Assembly (NCBI GenBank): GCA_040954595.2
Contig: CM082591.2
Location: 10,681,309-10,745,308, forward strand
DNA: 64,000 nt
Direction: 5' to 3'
From: Balanoglossus misakiensis
Taxonomy: Eukaryota > Animalia > Hemichordata
Of this stretch, positions 1 through 14,000 are shown piece after piece. The position numbers were made by a program, and so were the translations under genes. The first letter of the stretch is position 1; every line of letters starts with the position of its first letter. Under the pieces are notes generated by a model, which searched no databases, was not told where the DNA came from, and worked only from the letters and a program-made list of their open reading frames with translations.

Positions 1-3000
1 AATTTTGTAAACAAACGAGGCTGTGTTTGGAAGCAACCATGGAAACTTTAGAACTATCCGTCGATCTACAGAGTCTAGTGGAAAACTTTCTTATGCGCAT
101 AGACCTATCATGTGTTCTGCGCATCACAACAGAATTTTGTAAACAAACGAGGCTGTGTTTGGAAGCAACCATGGAAACTTTTGAACTATCCGTCGATCTA
201 CAGAGTCTAGTGGAAAACTTTCTTATGCGCATAGACCTATCATGTGTTCTGCGCATCACAACAGAATTTTATAAACAAACGAGGCTGTGTTTGGAAGCAA
301 CCATGGAAACTTTAGAACTATCCGTCGATCTACAGAGTCCAGTGGAAAACTTTGTTATCCTCATAGGCCTATCATGTGTTCTGCGCATCACAACAGAATT
401 TTGTAAACAAACGAGGCTGTGTTTGGAAGCAACCATGCGCATAGACCTATCATGTGTTCTGCGCATCACAACAGAATTTTGTAAACAAACGAGGCTGTGT
501 TTGGAAGCAACCATGGAAACTTTAGAACTATCCGTCATTCTGCAGAGTCTACAGGAAAACTTTCTTATCCTCATAGGCCTATCATGTGTTCTGCGCATCA
601 CAAAAGAATTTTGTAAACAAACGAGGCTGTGTTTGGAAGCAACCATGGAAACTTTAGAACTATCCGTCGATCTACAGAGTCTAGTGGAAAACTTTCTTAT
701 CCTCATAGACCTATCATGTGTTCTGCGCATCACAACAGAATTTTGTAAACTAACGAGGCTGTGTTTGGAAGCAACCATGGAAACTTTAGAACTATCCGTC
801 GATCTACAGAGTCTATTGGAAAACTTTCTTATCCTCATAGACCTATCATGTGTTCTGCGCATCACAACAGAATTTTGTAAACAGACGAGGCTGTGTTTGG
901 AAGCAACCATGGAAATTTTAGAACTATCCGTCGATCTACAGAGTCTAGTGGAAAACTTTCTTATGCGCATAGACCTATCATGTGTTCTGCGCATCACAAC
1001 AGAATTTTGTAAACAAACGAGGCTGTTTTTGGAAGCAACCATGGAAACTTTAGAACTATCCGTCGATCTACAGAGTCTATTGGAAAACTTTCTTATCCTC
1101 ATAGACCTATCATGTGTTCTGCGCATCACAACAGAATTTTGTAAACAGACGAGGCTGTGTTTGGAAGCAACCATGGAAATTTTAGAACTATCCGTCGATC
1201 TACAGAGTCTAGTGGAAAACTTTCTTATGTGCATAGGTCTATCATGTGTTCTGCGCATCACAACATAATTTTTTAAACAATCGAGGCTGTGTTTGGAAGC
1301 AACAATGGAAACTTTAGAACTATCCGTCATTCTGCAGAGTCTACAGGAAAACTTTCTTATCCTCATAGGCCTATCATGTGTTCTGCGCATCACAAAAGAA
1401 TTTTGTAAACAAACGAGGCTGTGTTTGGAAGCAACCATGGAAACTTTAGAACTATCCGTCGATCTACAGAGTCTAGTGAAAAACTTTCTTATGCGCATAG
1501 GCCTATCATGTGTTCTGCGCATCACAACAGAATTCGGTAAATAAACGAGGGTGTGTTTGGAAGCAACCATGGAAACTTTAGAACTATCCGTCGATCGACA
1601 GAGTCTAGTGGAAAACTTTCTGATGCGCATAGACCTATCATGTGTTCTGCGCATCACAACAGAATTTTGTAAACAAACGAGGCTGTGTTTGGACGCAACC
1701 ATGGAAACTTTAGAACTATCCGTCGATCGACAGAGTCTAGTGGAAAACTTTCTTATGCGCATAGACCTATCATGTGTTCTGCGCATCACAACAGAATTTT
1801 GTAAACAAACGAGGCTGTGTTTGGAAGCAACCATGGAAACTTTACAACTATCCGTCGTTCTACAGAGTCTAGAGGAAAACTTTCTTATCCTCATAGGCCT
1901 ATCATGTGTTCTGCGCATCACAACAGAATTTTGTAAACAAACGAGGCTGTGTTTGGAAGCAACCATGCGCATAGACCTATCATGTGTTCTGCGCATCACA
2001 ACAGAATTTTGTAAACAAACGAGGCTGTGTTTGGAAGCAACCATGGAAACTTTAGAACTATCCGTCGATCTACAGAGTCTAGTGGAAAACTTTCTTATGC
2101 GCATAGACCTATCATGTGTTCTGCGCATCACAACAGAATTTTGTAAACAAACGAGGCTGTGTTTGGAAGCAACCATGGAAACTTTTGAACTATCCGTCGA
2201 TCTACAGAGTCTAGTGGAAAACTTTCTTATGCGCATAGACCTATCATGTGTTCTGCGCATCACAACAGAATTTTATAAACAAACGAGGCTGTGTTTGGAA
2301 GCAACCATGGAAACTTTAGAACTATCCGTCGATCTACAGAGTCCAGTGGAAAACTTTCTTATCCTCATAGGCCTATCATGTGTTCTGCGCATCACAACAG
2401 AATTTTGTAAACAAACGAGGCTGTGTTTGGAAGCAACAATGGAAACTTTAGAACTATCCGTCGATCTACAGTGTCTAGTGGAAAACTTTCTTATGCGCAT
2501 AGACCTATCATGTGTTCTGCGCATCACAACAGAATTTTGTAAACAAACAAGGCTGTGTTTGGAAGCAACCATGGAAACTTTAGAACTATCCGTCGATCGA
2601 CAGAGTCTGGCGGAAAACTTTCTTATGCGCATAGACCTATCATGTGTTCTGCGCATCACAACAGAATTTTGTAAACAAACGAGGCTGTGGTTGGAAGCAA
2701 CCATGGAAACTTTAGAACTATCCGTCGATGGACAGAGTCTAGTGGAAAACTTTCTTATGCGCATAGACCTATCATATGTTCTGCGCATCACAACAGAATT
2801 TTGTAAACAAACGAGGCTGTGTTTGGAAGCAACCATGTAAACTTTAGAACTATCCGTCGTTCTACAGAGTCTAGAGGAAAACTTTCTTATCCTCATAGGC
2901 CTATCATGTGTTCTGCGCATCACAACAGAATTTTGTAAACAAACGAGGCTGTGTTTGGAAGCAACCATGCGCATAGACCTATCATGTGTTCTGCGCATCA

Positions 3001-4080
3001 CAACAGAATTTTGTAAACAAACGAGGCTGTGTTTGGAAGCAACCATGGAAACTTTAGAACTATCCGTCGATCTACAGAGTCTAGTGGAAAACTTTCTTAT
3101 GCGCATAGACCTATCATGTGTTCTGCGCATCACAACAGAATTTTGTAAACAAACGAGGCTGTGTTTGGAAGCAACCATGGAAACTTTTGAACTATCCGTC
3201 GATCTACAGAGTCTAGTGGAAAACTTTCTTATGCGCATAGACCTATCATGTGTTCTGCGCATCACAACAGAATTTTATAAACAAACGAGGCTGTGTTTGG
3301 AAGCAACCATGGAAACTTTAGAACTATCCGTCGATCTACAGAGTCCAGTGGAAAACTTTCTTATCCTCATAGGCCTATCATGTGTTCTGCGCATCACAAC
3401 AGAATTTTGTAAACAAACGATGCTGTGTTTGGAAGCAACAATGGAAACTTTAGAACTATCCGTCGATCTACAGTGTCTAGTGGAAAACTTTCTTATGCGC
3501 ATAGACCTATCATGTGTTCTGCGCATCACAACAGAATTTTGTAAACAAACAAGGCTGTGTTTGGAAGCAACCATGGAAACTTTAGAACTATCCGTCGATC
3601 GACAGAGTCTGGCGGAAAAATTTCTTATGCGCATAGACCTATCATGTGTTCTGCGCATCACAACAGAATTTTGTAAACAAACGAGGCTGTGGTTGGAAGC
3701 AACCATGGAAACTTTACAACTATCCGTCGTTCTACAGAGTCTAGAGGAAAACTTTCTTATCCTCATAGGCCTATCATGTGTTCTGCGCATCACAACAGAA
3801 TTTTGTAAACAAACGAGGCTGTGTTTGGAAGCAACCATGCGCATAGACCTATCATGTGTTCTGCGCATCACAACAGAATTTTGTAAACAAACGAGGCTGT
3901 GTTTGGAAGCAACCATGGAAACTTTAGAACTATCCGTCGATCTACAGAGTCTAGTGGAAAACTTTCTTATGCGCATAGACCTATCATGTGTTCTGCGCAT
4001 CACAACAGAATTTTGTAAACAAACGAGGCTGTGTTTGGAAGCAACCATGGAAACTTTTGAACTATCCGTCGATCTACAGA

Positions 4081-5400
4081 GTCTAGGGGAAAACTTTCTT
4101 ATGCGCATAGACCTATCATGTGTTCTGCGCATCACAACAGAATTTTATAAACAAACGAGGCTGTGTTTGGAAGTAACCATGGAAACTTTAGAACTATCCG
4201 TCGATCTACAGAGTCCAGTGGAAAACTTTCTTATCCTCATAGGCCTATCATGTGTTCTGCGCATCACAACAGAATTTTGTAAACAAACGAGGCTGTGTTT
4301 GGAAGCAACAATGGAAACTTTAGAACTATCCGTCGATCTACAGTGTCTAGTGGAAAACTTTCTTATGCGCATAGACCTATCATGTGTTCTGCGCATCACA
4401 ACAGAATTTTGTAAACAAACAAGGCTGTGTTTGGAAGCAACCATGGAAACTTTAGAACTATCCGTCGATCGACAGAGTCTGGCGGAAAACTTTCTTATGC
4501 GCATAGACCTATCATGTGTTCTGCGCATCACAACAGAATTTTGTAAACAAACGAGGCTGTGGTTGGAAGCAACCATGGAAACTTTAGAACTATCCGTCGA
4601 TGGACAGAGTCTAGTGGAAAACTTTCTTATGCGCATAGACCTATCATATGTTCTGCGCATCACAACAGAATTTTGTAAACAAACGAGGCTGTGTTTGGAA
4701 GCAACCATGTAAACTTTAGAACTATCCGTCGTTCTACAGAGTCTAGGGGAAAACTTTCTTATGCGCATAGACCTATCATGTGTTCTGCGCATCACAACAG
4801 AATTTTATAAACAAACGAGGCTGTGTTTGGAAGTAACCATGGAAACTTTAGAACTATCCGTCGATCTACAGAGTCCAGTGGAAAACTTTCTTATCCTCAT
4901 AGGCCTATCATGTGTTCTGCGCATCACAACAGAATTTTGTAAACAAACGAGGCTGTGTTTGGAAGCAACAATGGAAACTTTAGAACTATCCGTCGATCTA
5001 CAGTGTCTAGTGGAAAACTTTCTTATGCGCATAGACCTATCATGTGTTCTGCGCATCACAACAGAATTTTGTAAACAAACAAGGCTGTGTTTGGAAGCAA
5101 CCATGGAAACTTTAGAACTATCCGTCGATCGACAGAGTCTGGCGGAAAACTTTCTTATGCGCATAGACCTATCATGTGTTCTGCGCATCACAACAGAATT
5201 TTGTAAACAAACGAGGCTGTGGTTGGAAGCAACCATGGAAACTTTAGAACTATCCGTCGATGGACAGAGTCTAGTGGAAAACTTTCTTATGCGCATAGAC
5301 CTATCATATGTTCTGCGCATCACAACAGAATTTTGTAAACAAACGAGGCTGTGTTTGGAAGCAACCATGTAAACTTTAGAACTATCCGTCGTTCTACAGA
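4081..5400. repeat. 660-bp (5-monomer) tandem duplication
   Basis: Private variants GTCTAGGGGA (4081/4741), AAGTAACC (4171/4831) and ACCATGTAAA (about 4704/5364) recur at +660. Confidence 0.9.
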
Positions 5401-6632
5401 GTCTAGAGGAAAACTTTCTTATCCTCATAGGCCTATCATGTGTTCTGCGCATCACAACAGAATTTTGTAAACAAACGAGGCTGTGTTTGGAAGCAACCAT
5501 GCGCATAGACCTATCATGTGTTCTGCGCATCACAACAGAATTTTGTAAACAAACGAGGCTGTGTTTGGAAGCAACCATGGAAACTTTAGAACTATCCGTC
5601 GATCTACAGAGTCTAGTGGAAAACTTTCTTATCCTCATAGGCCTATCATGTGTTCTGCGCATCACAACAGAATTTTGTAAACAAACGAGGCTGTGTTTGG
5701 AAGCAACCATGGAAACTTTAGAACTATCCGTCGATCTACAGAGTCTAGTGGAAAACTTTCTTATCCTCATAGACCTATCATGTGTTCTGCGCATCACAAC
5801 AGAATTTTGTAAACAAACGAGGCTGTGTTTGGAAGCAACCATGGAAACTTTAGAACTATCCGTCGATCTACAGAGTCTATTGGAAAACTTTCTTATCCTC
5901 ATAGACCTATCATGTGTTCTGCGCATCACAACAGAATTTTGTAAACAGACGAGGCTGTGTTTGGAAGCAACCATGGAAATTTTAGAACTATCCGTCGATC
6001 TACAGAGTCTAGTGGAAAACTTTCTTATGTGCATAGGTCTATCATGTGTTCTGCGCATCACAACATAATTTTTTAAACAATCGAGGCTGTGTTTGGAAGC
6101 AACAATGGAAACTTTAGAACTATCCGTCGATCTACAGAGTCTAGTGAAAAACTTTCTTATGCGCATAGGCCTATCATGTGTTCTGCGCATCACAACAGAA
6201 TTCGGTAAATAAACGAGGGTGTGTTTGGAAGCAACCATGGAAACTTTAGAACTATCCGTCGATCGACAGAGTCTAGTGGAAAACTTTCTTATGCGCATAG
6301 ACCTATCATGTGTTCTGCGCATCATAACAGAATTTTGTAAACAAACGAGGCTGTGTTTGGAAGCAACCATGGAAACTTTAGAACTATCCGTCGATCGACA
6401 GAGTCTAGTGGAAAACTTTCTTATGCGCATAGACCTATCATGTGTTCTGCGCATCACAACAGAATTTTGTAAACAAACGAGGCTGTGTTTGGAAGCAACC
6501 ATGGAAACTTTACAACTATCCGTCGTTCTACAGAGTCTAGAGGAAAACTTTCTTATCCTCATAGGCCTATCATGTGTTCTGCGCATCACAACAGAATTTT
6601 GTAAACAAACGAGGCTGTGTTTGGAAGCAACC

Positions 6633-9300
6633 ATGCGCATAGACCTATCATGTGTTCTGCGCATCACAACAGAATTTTGTAAACAAACGAGGCTGTGTTT
6701 GGAAGCAACCATGGAAACTTTAGAACTATCCGTCGATCTACAGAGTCTAGTGGAAAACTTTCTTATGCGCATAGACCTATCATGTGTTCCGCGCATCACA
6801 ACAGAATTTTGTAAACAAACGAGGCTGTGTTTGGAAGCAACCATGGAAACTTTTGAACTATCCGTCGATCTACAGAGTCTAGTGGAAAACTTTCTGATGC
6901 GCATAGACCTATCATGTGTTCTGCGCATCACAACAGAATTTGGTAAACAAACGAGGCTGTGTTTGGAAGCAACCATGGAAACTTTAGAACTATCCGTCGA
7001 TCTACAGAGTCAAGTGGAAAACTTTCTTATCCTCATAGGCCTATCATGTGTTCTGCGCATCACAACAGAATTTTGTAAACAAACGAGGCTGTGTTTGGAA
7101 GCAACAATGGAAACTTTAGAACTATCCGTCGATCTACAGTGTCTAGTGGAAAACTTTCTTATGCGCATAGACCTATCATGTGTTCTGCGCATCACAACAG
7201 AATTTTGTAAACAAACGAGGCTGTGTTTGGAAGCAACCATGGAAACTTTAGAACTATCCGTCGATCGACCGAGTCTAGTGGAAAACTTTCTTATGCGCAT
7301 AGACCTATCATGTGTTCTGCGCATCACAACAGAATTTTGTAAACAAACGAGGCTGTGTTTGGAAGCAACCATGGAAACTTTAGAACTATCCGTCGATCTA
7401 CAGAGTCTAGTGGAAAACTTTCTTATGCGCATAGACCTATCATGTGTTCTGCGCATCACAACAGAATTTTGTAAACAAACGAGGCTGTGTTTGGAAGCAA
7501 CCGTGGAAACTTTAGAACTATCCGTCGTTCTACAGAGTCTAGAGGAAAACTTTCTTATCCTCATAGGCCTATCATGTGTTCTGCGCATCACAACAGAATT
7601 TTGTAAACAAACGAGGCTGTGTTTGGTAGCAACCATGCGCATAGACCTATCATGTGTTCTGCGCATCACAACAGAATTTTGTAAACAAACGAGGCTGTGT
7701 TTGGAAGCAACCATGGAAACTTTAGAACTATCCGTCGATCTACAGAGTCTAGTGGAAAACTTTCTTATGCGCATAGACCTATCATGTGTTCTGCGCATCA
7801 CAACAGAATTTTGTAAACAAACGAGGCTGTGTTTGGAAGCAACCATGGAAACTTTTGAACTATCCGTCGATCTACAGAGTCTAGTGGAAAACTTTCTGAT
7901 GCGCATAGACCTATCATGTGTTCTGCGCATCACAACAGAATTTTGTAAACAAACGAGGCTGTGTTTGGAAGCAACCATGGAAACTTTAGAACTATCCGTC
8001 GATCTACAGAGTCAAGTGGAAAACTTTCTTATCCTCATAGGCCTATCATGTGTTCTGCGCATCACAACAGAATTTTGTAAACAAACGAGGCTGTGTTTGG
8101 AAGCAACAATGGAAACTTTAGAACTATCCGTCGATCTACAGTGTCTAGTGGAAAACTTTCTTATGCGCATAGACCTATCATGTGTTCTGCGCATCACAAC
8201 AGAATTTTGTAAACAAACGAGGCTGTGTTTGGAAGCAACCATGGAAACTTTAGAACTATCCGTCGATCGACCGAGTCTAGTGGAAAACTTTCTTATGCGC
8301 ATAGACCTATCATGTGTTCTGCGCATCACAACAGAATTTTGTAAACAAACGAGGCTGTGTTTGGAAGCAACCATGGAAACTTTAGAACTATCCGTCGATC
8401 TACAGAGTCTAGTGGAAAACTTTCTTATGCGCATAGACCTATCATGTGTTCTGCGCATCACAAAAGAATTTTGTAAACAAACGAGGCTGTGTTTGGAAGC
8501 AACCGTGGAAACTTTAGAACTATCCGTCGTTCTACAGAGTCTAGAGGAAAACTTTCTTATCCTCATAGGCCTATCATGTGTTCTGCGCATCACAACAGAA
8601 TTTTGTAAACAAACGAGGCTGTGTTTGGAAGCAACCATGCGCATAGACCTATCATGTGTTCTGCGCATCACAACAGAATTTTGTAAACAAACGAGGCTGT
8701 GTTTGGAAGCAACCATGGAAACTTTAGAACTATCCGTCGATCTACAGAGTCTAGTGGAAAACTTTCATATGCGCATAGACCTATCATGTGTTCTGCGCAT
8801 CACAACAGAATTTTGTAAACAAACGAGGCTGTGTTTGGAAGCAACCATGGAAACTTTTGAACTATCCGTCGATCTACAGAGTCTAGTGGAAAACTTTCTA
8901 ATGCGCATAGACCTATCATGTGTTCTGCGCATCACAACAGAATTTTGTAAACAAACGAGGCTGTGTTTGGAAGCAACCATGGAAACTTTAGAACTATCCG
9001 TCGATCTACAGAGTCCAGTGGAAAACTTTCTTATCCTCATAGGCCTATCATGTGTTCTGCGCATCACAACAGAATTTTGTAAACAAACGAGGCTGTGTTT
9101 GGAAGCAACAATGGAAACTTTAGAACTATCCGTCGATCTACAGTGTCTAGTGGAAAACTTTCTTATGCGCATAGACCTATCATGTGTTCTGCGCATCACA
9201 ACAGAATTTTGTAAACAAACGAGGATGTGTTTGGAAGCAACCATGGAAACTTTAGAACTATCCGTCGATCGACAGAGTCTAGTGGAAAACTTTCTTATGC
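6633..9300. repeat. 1002-bp higher-order repeat (7x132 + 1x78), about 2.7 copies; the same period also occurs at 1965-3800
   Basis: 78-bp monomers start at 6633, 7635 and 8637 (also 1965 and 2967). The diagnostic variants GAGTCAAG, CGACCGAG and AACCGTGG recur at +1002. Confidence 0.9.
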
Positions 9301-11089
9301 GCATAGACCTATCATGTGTTCTGCGCATCACAACAGAATTTTGTAAACAAACGAGGCTGTGTTTGGAAGAAACCATGGAAACTTTAGAACTATCCGTCGA
9401 TCTACAGAGTCTAGTGGAAAACTTTCTTATGCGCATAGACCTATCATGTGTTCTGCGCATCACAACAGAATTTTGTAAACAAACGAGGCTGTGTTTGGAA
9501 GCAACCATGAAAACTTTAGAACTATCCGTCGATCGACAGAGTCTGGTGGAAAACTTTCTTATGCGCATAGACCTATCATGTGTTCTGCGCATCACAACAG
9601 AATTTTGTAAACAAACGAGGCTGTGTTTGGAAGCAACCATGGAAACTTTAGAACTATCCGTCGATGGACAGAGTCTAGTGGAAAACTTTCTTATGCGCAT
9701 AGACCTATCATGTGTTCTGCGCATCACAACAGAATTTTGTAAACAAACGAGGCTGTGTTTGGAGGCAACCATGGAAACTTTAGAACTGTCCGTCGATCTA
9801 CAGAGTCTAGTGGAAAACTTTCTTATGCGCATAGACCTATCATGTGTTCTGCGCATAACAACAGAATTTTGTAAACAAACGAGGCTGTGTTTGGAAGCAA
9901 CCATGGAAACTTTAGAACTATCCGTCGTTCTGCAGAGTCTACAGGAAAACTTTCTTATCCTCATAGGCCTATCATGTGTTCTGCGCATCACAACAGAATT
10001 TTGTAAACAAACGAGGCTGTGTTTGGAAGCAACCATGGAAACTTTAGAACTATCCGTCGATCTACAGAGTCTAGTGAAAAACTTTCTTATGCGCATAGAC
10101 CTATCATGTGTTCTGCGCATCACAACAGAATTTTGTAAACAAACGAGGCTGTGTTTGGAAGCAACCATGGAAACTTTTGAACTATCCGTCGATCTACAGA
10201 GTCTAGTGGAAAACTTTCTTATGCGCATAGACCTATCATGTGTTCTGCGCATCACAACAGAATTTTGTAAACAAACGAGGCTGTGTTTGGAAGCAACCAT
10301 GAAAACTTTAGAACTATCCGTCGATCTACAGAGTCTAGTGGAAAACTTTCTTATGCGCATAGACCTATCATGTGTTCTGCGCATCACAACAGAATTTTGT
10401 AAACAAACGAGGATGTGTTTGGAAGCAACCATGGAAACTTTAGAACTATCCGTCGATCGACAGAGTCTAGTGGAAAACTTTCTTATGCGCATAGACCTAT
10501 CATGTGTTCTGCGCATCACAACAGAATTTTGTAAACAAACGAGGCTGTGTTTGGAAGCAACCATGGAAACTTTAGAACTATCCGTCGATCTACAGAGTCT
10601 AGTGGAAAACTTTCTTATGCGCATAGACCTATCATGTGTTCTGCGCATCACAACAGAATTTTGTAAACAAACGAGGCTGTGTTTGGAAGCAACCATGAAA
10701 ACTTTAGAACTATCCGTCGATCGACAGAGTCTGGTGGAAAACTTTCTTATGCGCATAGACCTATCATGTGTTCTGCGCATCACAACAGAATTTTGTAAAC
10801 AAACGAGGCTGTGTTTGGAAGCAACCATGGAAACTTTAGAACTATCCGTCGATGGACAGAGTCTAGTGGAAAACTTTCTTATGCGCATAGACCTATCATG
10901 TGTTCTGCGCATCACAACAGAATTTTGTAAACAAACGAGGCTGTGTTTGGAGGCAACCATGGAAACTTTAGAACTGTCCGTCGATCTACAGAGTCTAGTG
11001 GAAAACTTTCTTATGCGCATAGACCTATCATGTGTTCTGCGCATAACAAAAGAATTTTGTAAACAAACGAGGCTGTGTTTGGAAGCAAC

Positions 11090-14000
11090 CATGGAAACTT
11101 TAGAACTATCGGTCGTTCTGCAGAGTCTACAGGAAAACTTTCTTATCCTCATAGGCCTATCATGTGTTCTGCGCATCACAACAGAATTTTGTAAACAAAC
11201 GAGGCTGTGTTTGGAAGCAACCATGGAAACTTTAGAACTATCCGTCGATCTACAGAGTCTAGTGAAAAACTTTCTTATGCGCATAGACCTATCATGTGTT
11301 CTGCGCATCACAACAGAATTTTGTAAACAAACGAGGCTGTGTTTGGAAGCAACCATGGAAACTTTTGAACTATCCGTCGATCTACAGAGTCTAGTGGAAA
11401 ACTTTCTTATGCGCATAGACCTATCATGTGTTCTGCGCATCACAACAGAATTTTGTAAACAAACGAGGCTGTGTTTGGAAGCAACCATGGAAACTTTAGA
11501 ACTATCCGTCGATCTACAGAGTCTAGTGGAAAACTTTCTTATGCGCATAGACCTATCATGTGTTCTGCGCATCACAACAGAATTTTGTAAACAAACGAGG
11601 CTGTGTTTGGAAGCAACCATGGAAACTTTAGAACTATCCGTCGATCGACAGAGTCTGGTGGAAAACTTTCTTATGCGCATAGACCTATCATGTGTTCTGC
11701 GCATCACAACAGAATTTTGTAAACAAACGAGGCTGTGTTTGGAAGCAACCATGGAAACTTTAGAACTATCCGTCGATGGACAGAGTCTAGTGGAAAACTT
11801 TCTTATGCGCATAGACCTATCATGTGTTCTGCGCATCACAACAGAATTTTGTAAACAAACGAGGCTGTGTTTGGAGGCAACCATGGAAACTTTAGAACTA
11901 TCCGTCGATCTACAGAGTCTAGTGGAAAACTTTCTTATGCGCATAGACCTATCATGTGTTCTGCGCATCACAACAGAATTTTGTAAACAAACGAGGCTGT
12001 GTTTGGAAGCAACCATGGAAACTTTAGAATTATCCGTCGTTCTACAGAGTCTAGAGGAAAACTTTCTTATCCTCATAGGCCTATCATGTGTTCTGCGCAT
12101 CACAACAGAATTTTGTAAACAAACGAGGCTGTGTTTGGAAGCAACCATGCGCATAGACCTATCATGTGTTCTGCGCATCACAACAGAATTTTGTAAACAA
12201 ACGAGGCTGTGTTTGGAAGCAACCATGGAAACTTTAGAACTATCCGTCGATCTACAGAGTCTAGTGGAAAACTTTCTTATGCGCATAGACCTATCATGTG
12301 TTCTGCGCATCACAACAGAATTTTGTAAACAAACGAGGCTGTGTTTGGAAGCAACCATGGAAACTTTACAACTATCCGTCGTTCTACAGAGTCTAGAGGA
12401 AAACTTTCTTATCCTCATAGGCCTATCATGTGTTCTGCGCATCACAACAGAATTTTGTAAACAAACGAGGCTGTGTTTGGAAGCAACCATGCGCATAGAC
12501 CTATCATGTGTTCTGCGCATCACAACAGAATTTTGTAAACAAACGAGGCTGTGTTTGGAAGCAACCATGGAAACTTTAGAACTATCCGTCGATCTACAGA
12601 GTCTAGTGGAAAACTTTCTTATGCGCATAGACCTATCATGTGTTCTGCGCATCGCAACAGAATTTTGTAAACAAACGAGGCTGTGTTTGGAAGCAACCAT
12701 GGAAACTTTTGAACTATCCGTCGATCTACAGAGTCTAGTGGAAAACTTTCTTATGCGCATAGACCTATCATGTGTTCTGCGCATCACAACAGAATTTTGT
12801 AAACAAACGAGGCTGTGTTTGGAAGCAACCATGGAAACTTTAGAACTATCCGTCGATCTACAGAGTCAAGTGGAAAACTTTCTTATCCTCATAGGCCTAT
12901 CATGTGTTCTGCACATCACAACAGAATTTTGTAAACAAACGAGGCTGTGTTTGGAAGCAACCATGGAAACTTTAGAACTATCCGTCGATCTACAGAGTCC
13001 AGTGGAAAACTTTCTTATCCTCATAGGCCTATCATGTGTTCTGCGCATCACAACAGAATTTTGTAAACAAACGAGGCTGTGTTTGGAAGCAACAATGGAA
13101 ACTTTAGAACTATCCGTCGATCTACAGTGTCTAGTGGAAAACTTTCTTATGCGCATAGACCTATCATGTGTTCTGCGCATCACAACAGAATTGTGTAAAC
13201 AAACGAGGATGTGTTTGGAAGCAACCATGGAAACTTTAGAACTATCCGTCGATCGACAGAGTCTAGTGGAAAACTTTCTTATGCGCATAGACCTATCATG
13301 TGTTCTGCGCATCACAACAGAATTTTGTAAACAAACGAGGCTGTGTTTGGAAGCAACCATGGAAACTTTAGAACTATCGGTCGTTCTGCAGAGTCTACAG
13401 GAAAACTTTCTTATCCTCATAGGCCTATCATGTGTTCTGCGCATCACAACAGAATTTTGTAAACAAACGAGGCTGTGTTTGGAAGCAACCATGGAAACTT
13501 TAGAACTATCCGTCGATCTACAGAGTCTAGTGAAAAACTTTCTTATGCGCATAGACCTATCATGTGTTCTGCGCATCACAACAGAATTTTGTAAACAAAC
13601 GAGGCTGTGTTTGGAAGCAACCATGGAAACTTTTGAACTATCCGTCGATCTACAGAGTCTAGTGGAAAACTTTCTTATGCGCATAGACCTATCATGTGTT
13701 CTGCGCATCACAACAGAATTTTGTAAACAAACGAGGCTGTGTTTGGAAGCAACCATGGAAACTTTAGAACTATCCGTCGATCTACAGAGTCTAGTGGAAA
13801 ACTTTCTTATGCGCATAGACCTATCATGTGTTCTGCGCATCACAACAGAATTTTGTAAACAAACGAGGCTGTGTTTGGAAGCAACCATGGAAACTTTAGA
13901 ACTATCCGTCGATCGACAGAGTCTGGTGGAAAACTTTCTTATGCGCATAGACCTATCATGTGTTCTGCGCATCACAACAGAATTTTGTAAACAAACGAGG

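Noticed and set aside
39-170. CENP-B box in the monomer
   Set aside because: No match to the TTCG-N4-A-N2-CGGG core on either strand.
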